Origin: Gammaproteobacteria bacterium | Lineage (GTDB): Bacteria; Pseudomonadota; Gammaproteobacteria; SZUA-229 | Assembly (NCBI GenBank): GCA_036567985.1 | Contig: DATCTK010000044.1 | Location: 14,062 to 78,061, forward strand | Direction of reading: 5' to 3' | DNA: 64,000 nucleotides | Shown: in pieces, positions 1-9,684 of the stretch | How the letters are laid out: each line of letters starts with the position of its first letter | How positions within the stretch are numbered: the first letter of the stretch is position 1 | Notes under the pieces: generated by a model | Seen by the model: only the letters and a program-made list of their open reading frames with translations | Told to the model about the DNA's origin: nothing | Databases searched by the model: none | Made by a program: the position numbers and the translations under genes

Positions 1-2
1 CC

Positions 3-313
3 AATAAGGCCGAGGAAGAAAAGCTGATTGCCCGTGCACAGAGCGCGCCCAAGCCCCTGTATTATCGGGCTGATTTTTTACAGCAGCAGCTAGCGATTTA
101 CCTGCAGGAAAACAATCTGCAATATGCCGCGCAAATGGATCCCGATGAATTTACCCGCTGGATATTCCCGCGACTGTTCCATTCGCGTATTCCACGCTAT
201 GAGGAAATTGCCAAGCAGGGCTATACCGTGACCTCTGAAGAAGTCGCACAGGTCAGGAATGAGGGCGATTTTCTTAAGCTGCTGGAAACCGCCATTACAA
301 GACAGGGTAAATA
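3..313 (+). CDS. C-terminal fragment of a hypothetical protein; the 5' end lies outside the window
   Basis: Frame 3 is open from the window edge to TAG at 311-313 and reads ...KAEEEKLIARAQ...ITRQGK*. No family recognised. Confidence 0.35.
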
Positions 314-394
314 GCTATCTGGCGTGATACTGAATTTATCAGTCACGAGCCGCCCGTTTAACCAGCTCATTAACCTGAACCAAAAGACAGACAC

Positions 395-1462
395 ATGCCA
401 TTAGTTGCACACAACCAGTTACCATCGTTTCGTCGTCTGCAGGATGAAGGCATCAAGGTGCTTGCGCCGGATGCGGCCAGCCACCAGGATATTCGCGAAT
501 TGCATATCGGTTTACTGAATATGATGCCGGATGCCGCGCTGGCGGCAACTGAACGACAGTTTTTCAGATTGATTGGCGAGAGTAACCCGATTGCACAGTT
601 TTATGTGCACCCGTTTACCCTGAGCGAACTTGCAAGAGGCGAGAAAGCGCAGGCGCATATTGATCAGTATTATGAGAGCTTTGAACAGATCAAGGCTCAG
701 GGACTGGACGCGCTGATTATTACCGGTGCCAATGTGATTGGTGCGGAATTGTCGAACCAGACTTTCTGGAAGCCGTTGATTGAAGTGGCTGACTGGGCCC
801 ATGAAAATGTCACTTCAACCTTATGCTCCTGCCTGGCGACACACGCGGTATTGCAATTCCGTTACGGACAGAAACGTGTGCCTCAGCCGATAAAAAAATG
901 GGGGGTGTTTACCCATAAATTGACGCAGCCCGAACATCCGCTGGTGAATGATATCAACACCCGCTTTGATGTGCCCCATTCACGCTGGAATGATGTAAGC
1001 CAGACACAGTTTGCCGCAGCCGGTTTGAAAGTACTGGTCACCGGTGAGCAGGATGGCTGTGTACACCTGGCGACTTCTGAAGATGGTTTTCGTAGTGTGT
1101 TCTTTCAGGGGCATCCCGAGTATGACACCATCTCTCTGCTAAAAGAGTTTAAGCGTGAAGTGCTGCTTTATATCGAAGGGCATAGAAAAGACTACCCGCC
1201 GTTTCCAGCAAATTACTTCACCACACAGGCCGCTGCTATACTGCGTGAATATGCGTACCGGCTGCACCAGGCGATGCAGTGTAATACTGATCTACCGGAA
1301 TTTCCGGAAGCACTGATTCTGGATCAACTGGATAACACCTGGCATGACACCGCCGGTGAGGTGGTCGGTAACTGGGTCGGGCTGGTGTATCAGCTCACCC
1401 ACTCGGATCGTATGAAACCGTTTATGGATGGTGTGGATATCCGCAATCCACTCGGCTTGTAA
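395..1462 (+). CDS. metA: Homoserine O-acyltransferase, MetA family (homoserine O-succinyl/acetyltransferase)
   Basis: 355 aa. Colinear with E. coli MetA, including the MPxxxP N-terminus, the HxTSTL segment with the catalytic Cys region (VTSTLCSCLATHA) and the GHPEYD motif. Confidence 0.85.
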   Translation: MPLVAHNQLPSFRRLQDEGIKVLAPDAASHQDIRELHIGLLNMMPDAALAATERQFFRLIGESNPIAQFYVHPFTLSELARGEKAQAHIDQYYESFEQIKAQGLDALIITGANVIGAELSNQTFWKPLIEVADWAHENVTSTLCSCLATHAVLQFRYGQKRVPQPIKKWGVFTHKLTQPEHPLVNDINTRFDVPHSRWNDVSQTQFAAAGLKVLVTGEQDGCVHLATSEDGFRSVFFQGHPEYDTISLLKEFKREVLLYIEGHRKDYPPFPANYFTTQAAAILREYAYRLHQAMQCNTDLPEFPEALILDQLDNTWHDTAGEVVGNWVGLVYQLTHSDRMKPFMDGVDIRNPLGL

Positions 1463-1494
1463 GTCCAGGCTTATAAATAAATCTCAATATAAAG

Positions 1495-1534
1495 CACATC
1501 AATAAGGCTGGCATATGCCAGCCTTATTGATGTG
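1495..1534 (+). terminator. Perfect 18-bp stem hairpin downstream of metA (cacatcaataaggctggc-atat-gccagccttattgatgtg). Likely a terminator, although no clear U-tract follows.
   Basis: Inverted repeat read directly from the sequence, 32 nt after the metA stop. Confidence 0.45.
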
Positions 1535-1562
1535 TTACCCGTGCCCTGGTCAGGGTCTGCCA

Positions 1563-1738
1563 GACTGTTAGGGAACCTCTGAAAAACTCAGAGGTTCCGC
1601 GGCACAGGGATGTGCCGCCCCATGACTAAACTAACATGGCAATAACTGTTAAGTTATTGAAAATGAAAAACAAATCGAAATCGCATTTTGATTTGTTTTT
1701 GCTCTGAATAATTCATGGATGAATTATTCAGAGCTTCC
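1563..1738 (+). mobile_element. MITE-like, hairpin-rich repeat element, copy 1 (~176 bp)
   Basis: Reverse complement of 50999-51240 at about 95% identity. The termini are imperfect inverted repeats (GGAACCTCTGA ... TCAGAGCTTCC). It contains five consecutive perfect palindromes and has no coding capacity. Confidence 0.6.
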
Positions 1739-2833
1739 TTAGAAGTAATAATCAATCGAGACATAGACCGCATCGAAATCGGCCTGGTAAATATCGCCGT
1801 CTGCACCGATATCACCGTCTGAGGTCAGGTATTCCAGATAAATCCAGCCCGGACCATAACTGTAGCTGGCACCCAGCGCATGCCCCTGTACGCTGTCCGC
1901 TGTATTGCCCTCGGTGTCTGTGTCTGCAATCGAGGCATCCAGGTAGTAGAACCATTTATCCACTGTGTAGCCCAGTTCTATTGCAGTACGCCAGTTCTCA
2001 ATTTTATTCGCGACATTGGGTAGCTCACGCTCCACCAGTATGTACTGTGCTTTAGTGTAAAAATTGCCGAACTGTCCGTGATAATGCAGATTGAATGCAT
2101 GGTGCCTGCCGCTGAGAGGGGCGTCAGCTGTGGTTGCATACTGGCTGAGGTCCTGTAATCGGCCGGATTGAGCAGAAAAACCCAGTGTCTGTTTGTCTGC
2201 CAGTTGATATTCGATATTGAAAACCGCTGTCTGCATCTTCCGGTAGCTGTCCGGGCTGCCCCAGTGGCCATTATCATCCACGGTATCGGTGCTGGTCTCA
2301 CCCCAGTCGTCAGCGTGGTAATAGGCGAGGTCGTAGTGCAGCTGATTCTGGCTACGACTGTATTTGAAGCCCACGTCCATCTGGTCACCATATCCGCCGA
2401 GGAGAACATCGCCGGGCCAGAAATTCACTGTTTTCCAGCCGAAAGGCACCTGGCTTTTACCGATTTTAAGTTCGCCACCGTCAGTAAACTGATAGGCGAT
2501 CCAGGCCTTGTGCAGGGTGAAATTATCTCCCGTTGAGTTCGCAGCGGGGTTGGTAAAGCCACCTGGACCAAAACGCATCTCGGCGGAGAGATACCAGGGC
2601 TGGCCCTCCTGCTTGTGATCGGCATATAAAATCAGCGCTTCATCGGCGATATCACCACGGGTTTCGCTGTCCAGATCGCTATTGAAGGTAGCGGAACTGA
2701 AATCGGAATCGGTTATATTACGGTAATTAAACCACACGCCGCCACTGAGCGAAGGGGATGCCTGGCTGATTATGGGCGTGATTAGTGCGCAGCTGAGTGA
2801 GCCTGCGATTAGGGTATGAAGCCGTGATTTCAT
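1739..2833 (-). CDS. Outer-membrane beta-barrel (porin-like) protein
   Basis: 364 aa with an N-terminal signal peptide (MKSRLHTLIAGSLSCALITPIISQA). It is rich in alternating aromatic and Gly-Asp residues and has a C-terminal YF. Confidence 0.55.
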   Translation of the reverse strand: MKSRLHTLIAGSLSCALITPIISQASPSLSGGVWFNYRNITDSDFSSATFNSDLDSETRGDIADEALILYADHKQEGQPWYLSAEMRFGPGGFTNPAANSTGDNFTLHKAWIAYQFTDGGELKIGKSQVPFGWKTVNFWPGDVLLGGYGDQMDVGFKYSRSQNQLHYDLAYYHADDWGETSTDTVDDNGHWGSPDSYRKMQTAVFNIEYQLADKQTLGFSAQSGRLQDLSQYATTADAPLSGRHHAFNLHYHGQFGNFYTKAQYILVERELPNVANKIENWRTAIELGYTVDKWFYYLDASIADTDTEGNTADSVQGHALGASYSYGPGWIYLEYLTSDGDIGADGDIYQADFDAVYVSIDYYF

Positions 2834-2926
2834 GGCTGCTCCTTGCTGTGATTGTGCGGTTATTTCATTTTAAAAAATCATCAACACGCAACTGATGCCT
2901 TCTGAACATAGCACACCAAACAGCCT

Positions 2927-2959
2927 GCTGCAGGCTGGTTTAAATTTTCCAGCCTGCAG
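2927..2959 (-). terminator. 11-bp perfect inverted repeat (ctgcaggctgg ... ccagcctgcag) immediately downstream of the sqr stop
   Basis: Read from the sequence. It lies between the convergent/divergent sqr and porin genes. Confidence 0.4.
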
Positions 2960-2972
2960 AGTTAGACGCGTT

Positions 2973-4250
2973 TTATTTATCGTCCTGCAATTTTCTTATG
3001 CCCAGCACCTTAAGCACAAAGGTTTCAAAGATTGAGTCGGTGTTGCCTTTGCGCATTTTTCGCAGAAAGTATTTTTCAAAGCCGATTTTTGCCTGATGTA
3101 CCCACTTGCCTTTTTTATACCAGGTGACATTGCGTGGTGGAATTTGCGGCAGGGCAACAAAAGCAGCACCTGTGTCCCCCATGTCTGCCAGACAGATAGC
3201 ATTCCAGGTGCCACATTTTTCCGGCGCTTCACCACGAATTTCATGCACAATATTGTGCGCAATTGCAGTCGACATGGTTTCAATCATATAGCCAGTTTTG
3301 GGTGCACCCGTAGGCACGGGTGTGGCTTCGACCGGCGGAATAGCAACACAGACACCGGATGAGTAAATATTTTTATATTTCGGGTTGCGCTGGTGTTCAT
3401 CAATCAGTACAAAGCCGCGGGGATTGCACAGGCCTTCAACTGCGGCAATGGCATCAATGCCCTTGAACGCGGGAAGCATCATGGCAAAATTAAAATCCAG
3501 TTCATGGGATTTCTTCAGCTCACCGTCCTCATTCAGCTCATCAACAAACATTTTTCCCTGTTCGACACGGGTGGTTTTTGCATTGGTGATAGTTTTTATA
3601 TCATGGTGACGAAAATCGGATTCCAGCATGCTTTTTGAGTCGCCCACGCCGCCCAGGCCGAGGTGACCGATATAGGGTTCGGAGCTGACATAGGTCATCG
3701 GGTATTTATGGCGGATTTTACGCTTGCGCAGTTCGGCATCCACAATAAACGCAAACTCGTAGGCGGGGCCAAAACAGCTGGCACCTGGCATGGCACCGAT
3801 CACAATCGGTCCGGGATTCTGTAGCAGCTTCTGGAATTCTGTATAGGCCAGTCTGGCATGTTCCGATGTGCATACCGAGGTGGTAAAGCCTTCGGGGCCG
3901 GAGCCGGGCACTTCATCAAAGGCCAGTTTGGGGCCGGTGGCAATTACCAGGTAGTCGTAGCTGACTGGCTCGTGGTTGGTGAATTTTAGCGTATTGTTCT
4001 CTGCATCAATTTCGCTGACGGAGTCTACTATCAGCTGGATACTTTTTTTATCCAGCACCGGTTTGAGTGGTACCGCGATATCTTCTGCGGTACGCCAGCC
4101 AACCGCGAGCCAGGGATTTGACGGGGTAAACTGAAAATGATCCCGGTTATTGATCACCGTTATCTGGTGCTGGCTGTCGAGCTGCTCGCGCAGTTCATAG
4201 GCACAGGGTAAACCACCGATACCTGCACCAATAATTGCAATATGTGCCAT
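2973..4250 (-). CDS. sqr: Sulfide:quinone oxidoreductase (type I SQR)
   Basis: 425 aa. It has the N-terminal FAD fold MAHIAIIGAGIGG and no signal or Tat peptide, which argues against FccB. Strong colinear similarity to Rhodobacter-type SQR (FTPSNPW, IATGP, GASCFGPAYEF, GVCVAIPP, ICLADMGD). Confidence 0.85.
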   Translation of the reverse strand: MAHIAIIGAGIGGLPCAYELREQLDSQHQITVINNRDHFQFTPSNPWLAVGWRTAEDIAVPLKPVLDKKSIQLIVDSVSEIDAENNTLKFTNHEPVSYDYLVIATGPKLAFDEVPGSGPEGFTTSVCTSEHARLAYTEFQKLLQNPGPIVIGAMPGASCFGPAYEFAFIVDAELRKRKIRHKYPMTYVSSEPYIGHLGLGGVGDSKSMLESDFRHHDIKTITNAKTTRVEQGKMFVDELNEDGELKKSHELDFNFAMMLPAFKGIDAIAAVEGLCNPRGFVLIDEHQRNPKYKNIYSSGVCVAIPPVEATPVPTGAPKTGYMIETMSTAIAHNIVHEIRGEAPEKCGTWNAICLADMGDTGAAFVALPQIPPRNVTWYKKGKWVHQAKIGFEKYFLRKMRKGNTDSIFETFVLKVLGIRKLQDDK

Positions 4251-4670
4251 TTTTTAACCCTCCTGCTGGGTATGTGTGAGCTGCTGATAACTGGGACATT
4301 ATGACCGGGTATTGCCCGCAGCCCTGTCAGTGACGTTAATATGTATATGCTACAGCGCATTTTCTGACAATATATTGTGTTTGATCAGCTAATCGCGGAA
4401 TAAAGGCAGGTGTCAGCGCCAGAAACGCCGCTGTTTTGACTATAGCACCACCGTTTCAGTGAATGGAAGCACAGGGGCTGTCATCTGTGCCTGGGGTTCT
4501 ATGGACAGACCCTTCGGACACTTGGTTGTATGTGTTATAAATTATTGTTTATTAAGGAGAAAATATATAAATTATGGTGCGGCTTAGTAACACCAGCATA
4601 ATTAGTGCGCTTAATGCGCGCAGCGTATTGGTGTATAATCAGGGCTGTTATTCACTCGAAAGGTAGACCA

Positions 4671-4985
4671 ATGGAAGCATCATCCTGTAGTAAAGCTGAA
4701 CCCTTTGCATTGCAAGTACTTGGCGATTCCATGCAGCCTGAATTTATGGACGGCGTAGTCATAGTGGTGGACCCGGAAGGTGTGGTGCGTGATGGCTGTT
4801 ATGTGGTGGCGCTGGATCAACGCAATGAGTACACATTTCGTCAGTACCGTGAATATGGCGATAAGCACTATCTGGTACCGCTGAATGACTTATATGAAAC
4901 CGAGGAATTTGCCGGCCCTTCCCATATCAAGGGCGTGGTGGTACAGCAGGCGGGAAAACACCGAAAAGATCGAAAGTTTTATTAA
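4671..4985 (+). CDS. Stand-alone S24 (LexA/UmuD-like) peptidase domain protein
   Basis: GDSMQP catalytic serine motif. An AAGG Shine-Dalgarno lies 7 nt upstream of the ATG at 4671. The longer ORF from 4605 has no RBS. No HTH domain is present. Confidence 0.6.
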   Translation: MEASSCSKAEPFALQVLGDSMQPEFMDGVVIVVDPEGVVRDGCYVVALDQRNEYTFRQYREYGDKHYLVPLNDLYETEEFAGPSHIKGVVVQQAGKHRKDRKFY

Positions 4986-5358
4986 GTTTTAATTAAGGTG
5001 CCTCTGAGCAAGGCTGACATGCCAGTATTATTCAGAGAGCCCTTAACGCTTCCCAGCGTGTATGACATATGCCGGTGCCTTCGCGCTAATCGTTTCTACA
5101 GGATGGCATCAGGCAAAGTGTAGTTTCCATATCCCGTAAAAATCTGTCAGACCTGCAGATGACGCTTATGTTAATCAAAGAAACCATGAAACGCGAATGA
5201 ATACTAAGGCTTACTGTTAAAAGCCTTGCTTGCGTTTATTTATTCCACACATCCTGCGCTTCACCCTTCGGGCCGTGCGTTCGCTCGTTCAAAGTGCTCC
5301 TGCACTTTAGTGCGTTTTCTTTCTGCTTCTGGCATTTAATGCCAGGGTGGAGGCGGGT

Positions 5359-5829
5359 TCAGTCTGTATCCGGCCCCATCTGTTCCGGGTCGGGGCTTTT
5401 GCTGAAATAGGCGTCGGCAGTGTCTTCGTCCACTTCTTTATTGTCGCTGTTATAAAGCGGCAGTTCATAATCAAACCAGCCACGCAGGCCGGTTTTTAGC
5501 GAGATCACATGATTAAAGCCCATTTGCTGCATGGTGTGGGCTGCCAGTGCGCTGCGATTACCGGAACGGCAGATGACGACCACCTCCTTGTCACGCGCCG
5601 CTGCCAGCTTGGGTAAGGTGTCTGTATAGCCCCAGTCACAGGCTGATTCCAGAATACCACGTGGCACATTGAGTGAGTTCTGGATGTGTACCGTGTTGTA
5701 CTCGCGAGGCTCGGTAATATCGATCAGCAGAATATCTTCGGCTGCGTTGAGCTTTTCTTCCAGGTCCCAGGGAAAAATTTCCCTGATTGAGGGAAGAATA
5801 TCATCAATTAATGAGCGAAATGTTTTCAT
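5359..5829 (-). CDS. Rhodanese-domain sulfurtransferase
   Basis: 156 aa with the CRSGNRS active-site loop. It sits 15 bp downstream of the response regulator on the same strand. Confidence 0.8.
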   Translation of the reverse strand: MKTFRSLIDDILPSIREIFPWDLEEKLNAAEDILLIDITEPREYNTVHIQNSLNVPRGILESACDWGYTDTLPKLAAARDKEVVVICRSGNRSALAAHTMQQMGFNHVISLKTGLRGWFDYELPLYNSDNKEVDEDTADAYFSKSPDPEQMGPDTD

Positions 5830-5844
5830 AGCGGCGCTGCCTGA

Positions 5845-6516
5845 TTAACTGTTGCTGTCATGAGTTTTATTTTGCTTCAGGCCCTGTTCTACCGCAATAA
5901 CCGCGGCTTCGACCCGTGAGTGTACTTCCAGTTTGCGTAGAATCGCTTTAACGTGAAGTTTTACCGTGCCATCGGATATCCCCAGATTGCGTGCGATAAC
6001 CTTATTGCTCTGTCCATCGGCAAGCAGGCAGAGAATTTCCAGTTCGCGTGGTGTGAGCTCGGAAAACGGTGTTTCCTTTTCGACTTCTTCAATCGGGTCG
6101 CCCTGTACCATTTTTGCCAGCACATCGGTGAGGCCATGGGCAACCACGCTTTTGCCTTTTTCGATATCGCGCAGGGCACTGACCAGTTCATCCGGTTCCA
6201 TGTCTTTTAGTAGATAGCCCTGTGCGCCATTGCGCAGCGCTTCAACCAGATCATGTTCTTCATTGCTGGTAGTAAGCATTACAATGGGGATATCAATGTG
6301 CTGTTTTTTGGCTTCGATTAATACTTCCAGGCCGCTCATGTCTGGCATGCGTAAATCCAGCAGCACAATGTCCGGCTTGAGCTCATCAATCAGTTGCAGG
6401 CCGGTGGCGCCTTCGGCAACTGCATCTATGACTTCTATGCCGCGTTGTTCAAGCAGCCCCTGCAGGCCGACGCGGAACAGCGCGTGGTCATCAATTATTA
6501 ATACACGCATACTCAA
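5845..6516 (-). CDS. Two-component response regulator, NarL/LuxR family (REC plus LuxR HTH)
   Basis: 223 aa. The phospho-acceptor D lies in VLLDLRMPDMSG, and the C-terminal GQSNKVIARNLGISDGTVKLHV is a LuxR-type HTH. The gene overlaps the kinase stop by 4 bp. Confidence 0.85.
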   Translation of the reverse strand: MSMRVLIIDDHALFRVGLQGLLEQRGIEVIDAVAEGATGLQLIDELKPDIVLLDLRMPDMSGLEVLIEAKKQHIDIPIVMLTTSNEEHDLVEALRNGAQGYLLKDMEPDELVSALRDIEKGKSVVAHGLTDVLAKMVQGDPIEEVEKETPFSELTPRELEILCLLADGQSNKVIARNLGISDGTVKLHVKAILRKLEVHSRVEAAVIAVEQGLKQNKTHDSNS

Positions 6517-7928
6517 GCGCTTATCTCCGATAATCGTTGTAGCGGATCATATTTGGTCTCGCTGCTATAGGTAAAGTACAACTCGATGCGTGTGCCTTCA
6601 TCAGGTTCGCTTTCGATGCGTAAGTCGCCACCCAGGTAATTGGCGCGTTCGCGCATAATATTAAGCCCGACATGCTTGCCGGGGTGTTCGCTGATATTCG
6701 GTGTTTCAAAACCCTGGCCGTCGTTTTCAATCAGAATATGGTGGTTGCCATTTTCATCGCAACGAAACATCAGGCGTACATTGTGCGCATTGCTGTGCTT
6801 GCGAATATTATTCATCGCTTCCTGCACAATGCGGAAAATGTGCATTTCGAGGTTGGTGGGTAAGTCGGAATTTTCCCATTGCTGCTGCAACAGGATATGC
6901 ATGCCTGTGTCCTTGCGTAAACGGGATATGAGCTTCTCGACCGCGGGCATCAGGCCCTGTTTATCAATTGGCGTACGGCAGTGGGCAATCAGCTCGCGCA
7001 GATCGGAATAGGCTTCATCCAGGCTGTTTTCTACCTGCTCGATGCCACGAATCGATTTGAATTCGGAGGTGGGCTGCAGGGTTTCATCCAGCACCCGTAC
7101 CTGGAAACGTAAACTGGCCAGGGTCTGTGCCAGTGAGTCATGCAGTTCATTGGCGATCAGGCTACGCTCCTGCATAATAATCATGCGTCGGGATTCCTGG
7201 TCCTGTTTGGCTTTTTCAATGGCGATTGACAGTTGATCCGCCAGTGTCGACAGTAATTCAAGTAAATCATTCTGGCTGGCAAACGGGCGCTGGTTCAGCT
7301 TGATACGAATGACGCCCAGGGTGTGCTTGCCGTTGTGCAGTGGCAGGTAATAGGAGCGTACATCATCACTTACATCACACTGCAGGATTTCCGCCAACCG
7401 GGTGACATGCTGGTTGTCATGGATAATGTCGTTTTCAATCAGCGTGCTGGCCAGCTCTTCGGTGATCTTGACCCGCCGCGGCTGTGAAACCACCTTGGGG
7501 TCAATGCCAGAACCGGCAATGTACTCCAGCCAGTTGTTTTCAGTAATCAGCCACACGGATACATTCTTTGCATCCAGTTCTTCATTGGTTTTTTTGCAGA
7601 ACAGCACCAGCACTTCTTTCAGCTCGCGTCCACTGCTCACCGTGCTGGTGACGTTATACAGAATCTGCTGTGCCTTGTTCTGCTGCTGATTGTTCAGTGT
7701 CTGCCTGCGCTGGCTGCGAAAGGCAATATAGGAAATGGCCAGAAACGACAGCAGCAGCAACACGATGTGTATGCTCAGCGGCAGGGTTTTTGAGCCCTCA
7801 GTGGTCGCCAGCCAGATGCCGGTGAGCAGTAGTAGACTGAGCAGGGTAAACAGCGCAGTGATGCAGTTAAGCAAATGCTTGAGAGACATTTGCCTGAATT
7901 CCATCTGTATACGCTCGGTAAATGACAT
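6513..7928 (-). CDS. Sensor histidine kinase (2 TM, cytoplasmic GAF-like domain, HisKA_3, HATPase_c; NarX-like)
   Basis: 471 aa. Two N-terminal transmembrane helices are separated by a loop of about 10 aa, so no periplasmic sensor. The H-box is ERSLIANELHDSLAQTL and the ATPase carries N/G-boxes (NNIRKHS...GDLRIES). Confidence 0.8.
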   Translation of the reverse strand: MSFTERIQMEFRQMSLKHLLNCITALFTLLSLLLLTGIWLATTEGSKTLPLSIHIVLLLLSFLAISYIAFRSQRRQTLNNQQQNKAQQILYNVTSTVSSGRELKEVLVLFCKKTNEELDAKNVSVWLITENNWLEYIAGSGIDPKVVSQPRRVKITEELASTLIENDIIHDNQHVTRLAEILQCDVSDDVRSYYLPLHNGKHTLGVIRIKLNQRPFASQNDLLELLSTLADQLSIAIEKAKQDQESRRMIIMQERSLIANELHDSLAQTLASLRFQVRVLDETLQPTSEFKSIRGIEQVENSLDEAYSDLRELIAHCRTPIDKQGLMPAVEKLISRLRKDTGMHILLQQQWENSDLPTNLEMHIFRIVQEAMNNIRKHSNAHNVRLMFRCDENGNHHILIENDGQGFETPNISEHPGKHVGLNIMRERANYLGGDLRIESEPDEGTRIELYFTYSSETKYDPLQRLSEISA

Positions 7929-7972
7929 AATGGCCTGCTGCTGTTGTGTTGACTGTGCCGTCTGTTGTCCGC

Positions 7973-8290
7973 TTATTTTTCTTTTGGCGGAACGTAACTC
8001 GGGTCGTTGGGGTTCATAAAGATAAACTGGGGTTCACCACCTTCTTCCAGCGCAACATAGTCAACTTTGGTGCCGTTAAGAAACTCATTGGCGGTGACCG
8101 ATACAATAACATCTACACCTTCGGATGTGTGGGTAATATCACCTTCCTTGATGTCATCGAAGCCCATGCCATAGTGAAAGCTGCCGTCATCCATACGGGT
8201 GCAGGCCAGGCGCAGTGGCAGGCCGTCGAGGTTCGATTCTTTGGCTGAATGTTTGATCTGCTTTGCAGCAGCCGAGGTTAGTGTAATCAT
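7973..8290 (-). CDS. dsrR: DsrR, an IscA-like protein lacking the Fe-S ligand cysteines
   Basis: 105 aa with an IscA/HesB-type N-terminus (MITLTSAAAKQIK) but no C-terminal CxC/CGC motif. It is the last gene of the dsr operon, as in Allochromatium vinosum. Confidence 0.7.
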   Translation of the reverse strand: MITLTSAAAKQIKHSAKESNLDGLPLRLACTRMDDGSFHYGMGFDDIKEGDITHTSEGVDVIVSVTANEFLNGTKVDYVALEEGGEPQFIFMNPNDPSYVPPKEK

Positions 8291-9684
8291 GTGTTACTCC
8301 GCTTAGTACGTTTACAATGCTGTACAAACTGTACAAATCGTTGTGCCCAGTGATTGCTTGCCGTGTCACGCAGGTGAGCATAGCAAGCCAGGGTGTTGTT
8401 GATGATAATGCCGTCAAATTCACCGGTGATGCCCGAACCACGTTTAACCCGGTAGGCAAATTTAACATCCGGGTCGAGGTTTTCAAGTGACGAATAATGG
8501 AACTCGTGCGCGGCAATCAGCGGTGCTGGTTGCGGTGCAAAGTCCAGCCATGGATGCGCCGGCGTTTCTTCCAGCTGGATATAACCCCGTCCCTGGGGTT
8601 TATCGTGCATGACGCAATCGGCGGGAATAAAGCCCACCATATCGCCCTGTGTTTCGTTCCAGCTCAGCTTGCGGCTAAGGTACATCAGCCCACCGCATTC
8701 CGCATAGCAGGGAAGGCCGTCCTGCAATGCCTGTTTGATTGCCTCGCGCATTGTGCGGTTCGCTGACAGTGCTTCAATGCGTGTTTCAGGGAAGCCCCCG
8801 CCAATGAATAAAGCGTCGATCTCGGGCAACTCAGTGTCCCTGATGGTGTCGATTGTTACCAGTTTCGCACCACAATCTTCAAGTGCCTGTAAATCGCCCG
8901 GGTAGTAGAAGCCGAAGGCATCGTTTTTAACCACGCCAATGCTTATCGGCGAGTCGAGTTGAATCGGTGAAGTGACAGAAGTTTCTGGTAGCGTTATTTC
9001 ACCTGCACTGTCGGCAATCGAGCGCAGACCTGATAGATCAACCTGCTGTTTCACCAGGTCACGTATCTGCATAATCTTGCGGTCGGCGGAATCATCTTCA
9101 TTGCTGGGCATCAGGCCCAGGTGGCGTTCCTCGATGGACATGTCGGGGTTGCGCTGCACCGCGCCAATTACTTTGACGTCTGTGTAGTGCTCGATAACCT
9201 GACGCAGTTTGCTTTCATGGCGGCTGCCACCGACCTGGTTGAGAATCACCCCGGCGATATTGATGTCTTTTTCAAATGACTGGTAACCGAGGATCAGCGG
9301 CGCTACCCCACGGCTGACACCACGGGTATCCAGCACCAGCACCACCGGCGCGTTTAGCAGGCGGGCGAGGGCGGCATTGGAGTTACTGCCGTGCAGGTCG
9401 AGGCCGTCGAACAGCCCCTTATTGCCTTCAATCAGTGAAATATCGGCGCTTGCAGATTGCTGTGCGAAGGTCTCGCGGATTTCATCCTGCTGCATGGTGT
9501 AGAAATCCAGATTATGGCAGGGGCGACCGCTGGCACGTCCCAGCCACATGGGGTCGATATAATCCGGGCCTTTCTTGAATGGTTGAACCCGCAGGCCGCT
9601 TTCAGCCAGTGCTGCGCATAAGCCAATACTCAGGGTGGTTTTACCTGAGGATTTATGTGCTGCTGAGATAAGAAAATGCGACAT
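8287..9684 (-). CDS. dsrN: DsrN, a cobyrinate a,c-diamide synthase-like siroheme amidase
   Basis: 465 aa. CobB/CbiA family, with an N-terminal P-loop (AAHKSSGKTT) and a C-terminal glutamine amidotransferase domain. The stop overlaps the dsrR start (ATGA). Confidence 0.85.
   Translation of the reverse strand: MSHFLISAAHKSSGKTTLSIGLCAALAESGLRVQPFKKGPDYIDPMWLGRASGRPCHNLDFYTMQQDEIRETFAQQSASADISLIEGNKGLFDGLDLHGSNSNAALARLLNAPVVLVLDTRGVSRGVAPLILGYQSFEKDINIAGVILNQVGGSRHESKLRQVIEHYTDVKVIGAVQRNPDMSIEERHLGLMPSNEDDSADRKIMQIRDLVKQQVDLSGLRSIADSAGEITLPETSVTSPIQLDSPISIGVVKNDAFGFYYPGDLQALEDCGAKLVTIDTIRDTELPEIDALFIGGGFPETRIEALSANRTMREAIKQALQDGLPCYAECGGLMYLSRKLSWNETQGDMVGFIPADCVMHDKPQGRGYIQLEETPAHPWLDFAPQPAPLIAAHEFHYSSLENLDPDVKFAYRVKRGSGITGEFDGIIINNTLACYAHLRDTASNHWAQRFVQFVQHCKRTKRSNT

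Noticed and set aside
2973-4250. Alternative call of flavocytochrome c sulfide dehydrogenase (FccB) for the SQR-like ORF
   Set aside because: There is no Tat or signal peptide and no adjacent cytochrome c subunit gene. It is colinear with membrane-associated type-I SQR.
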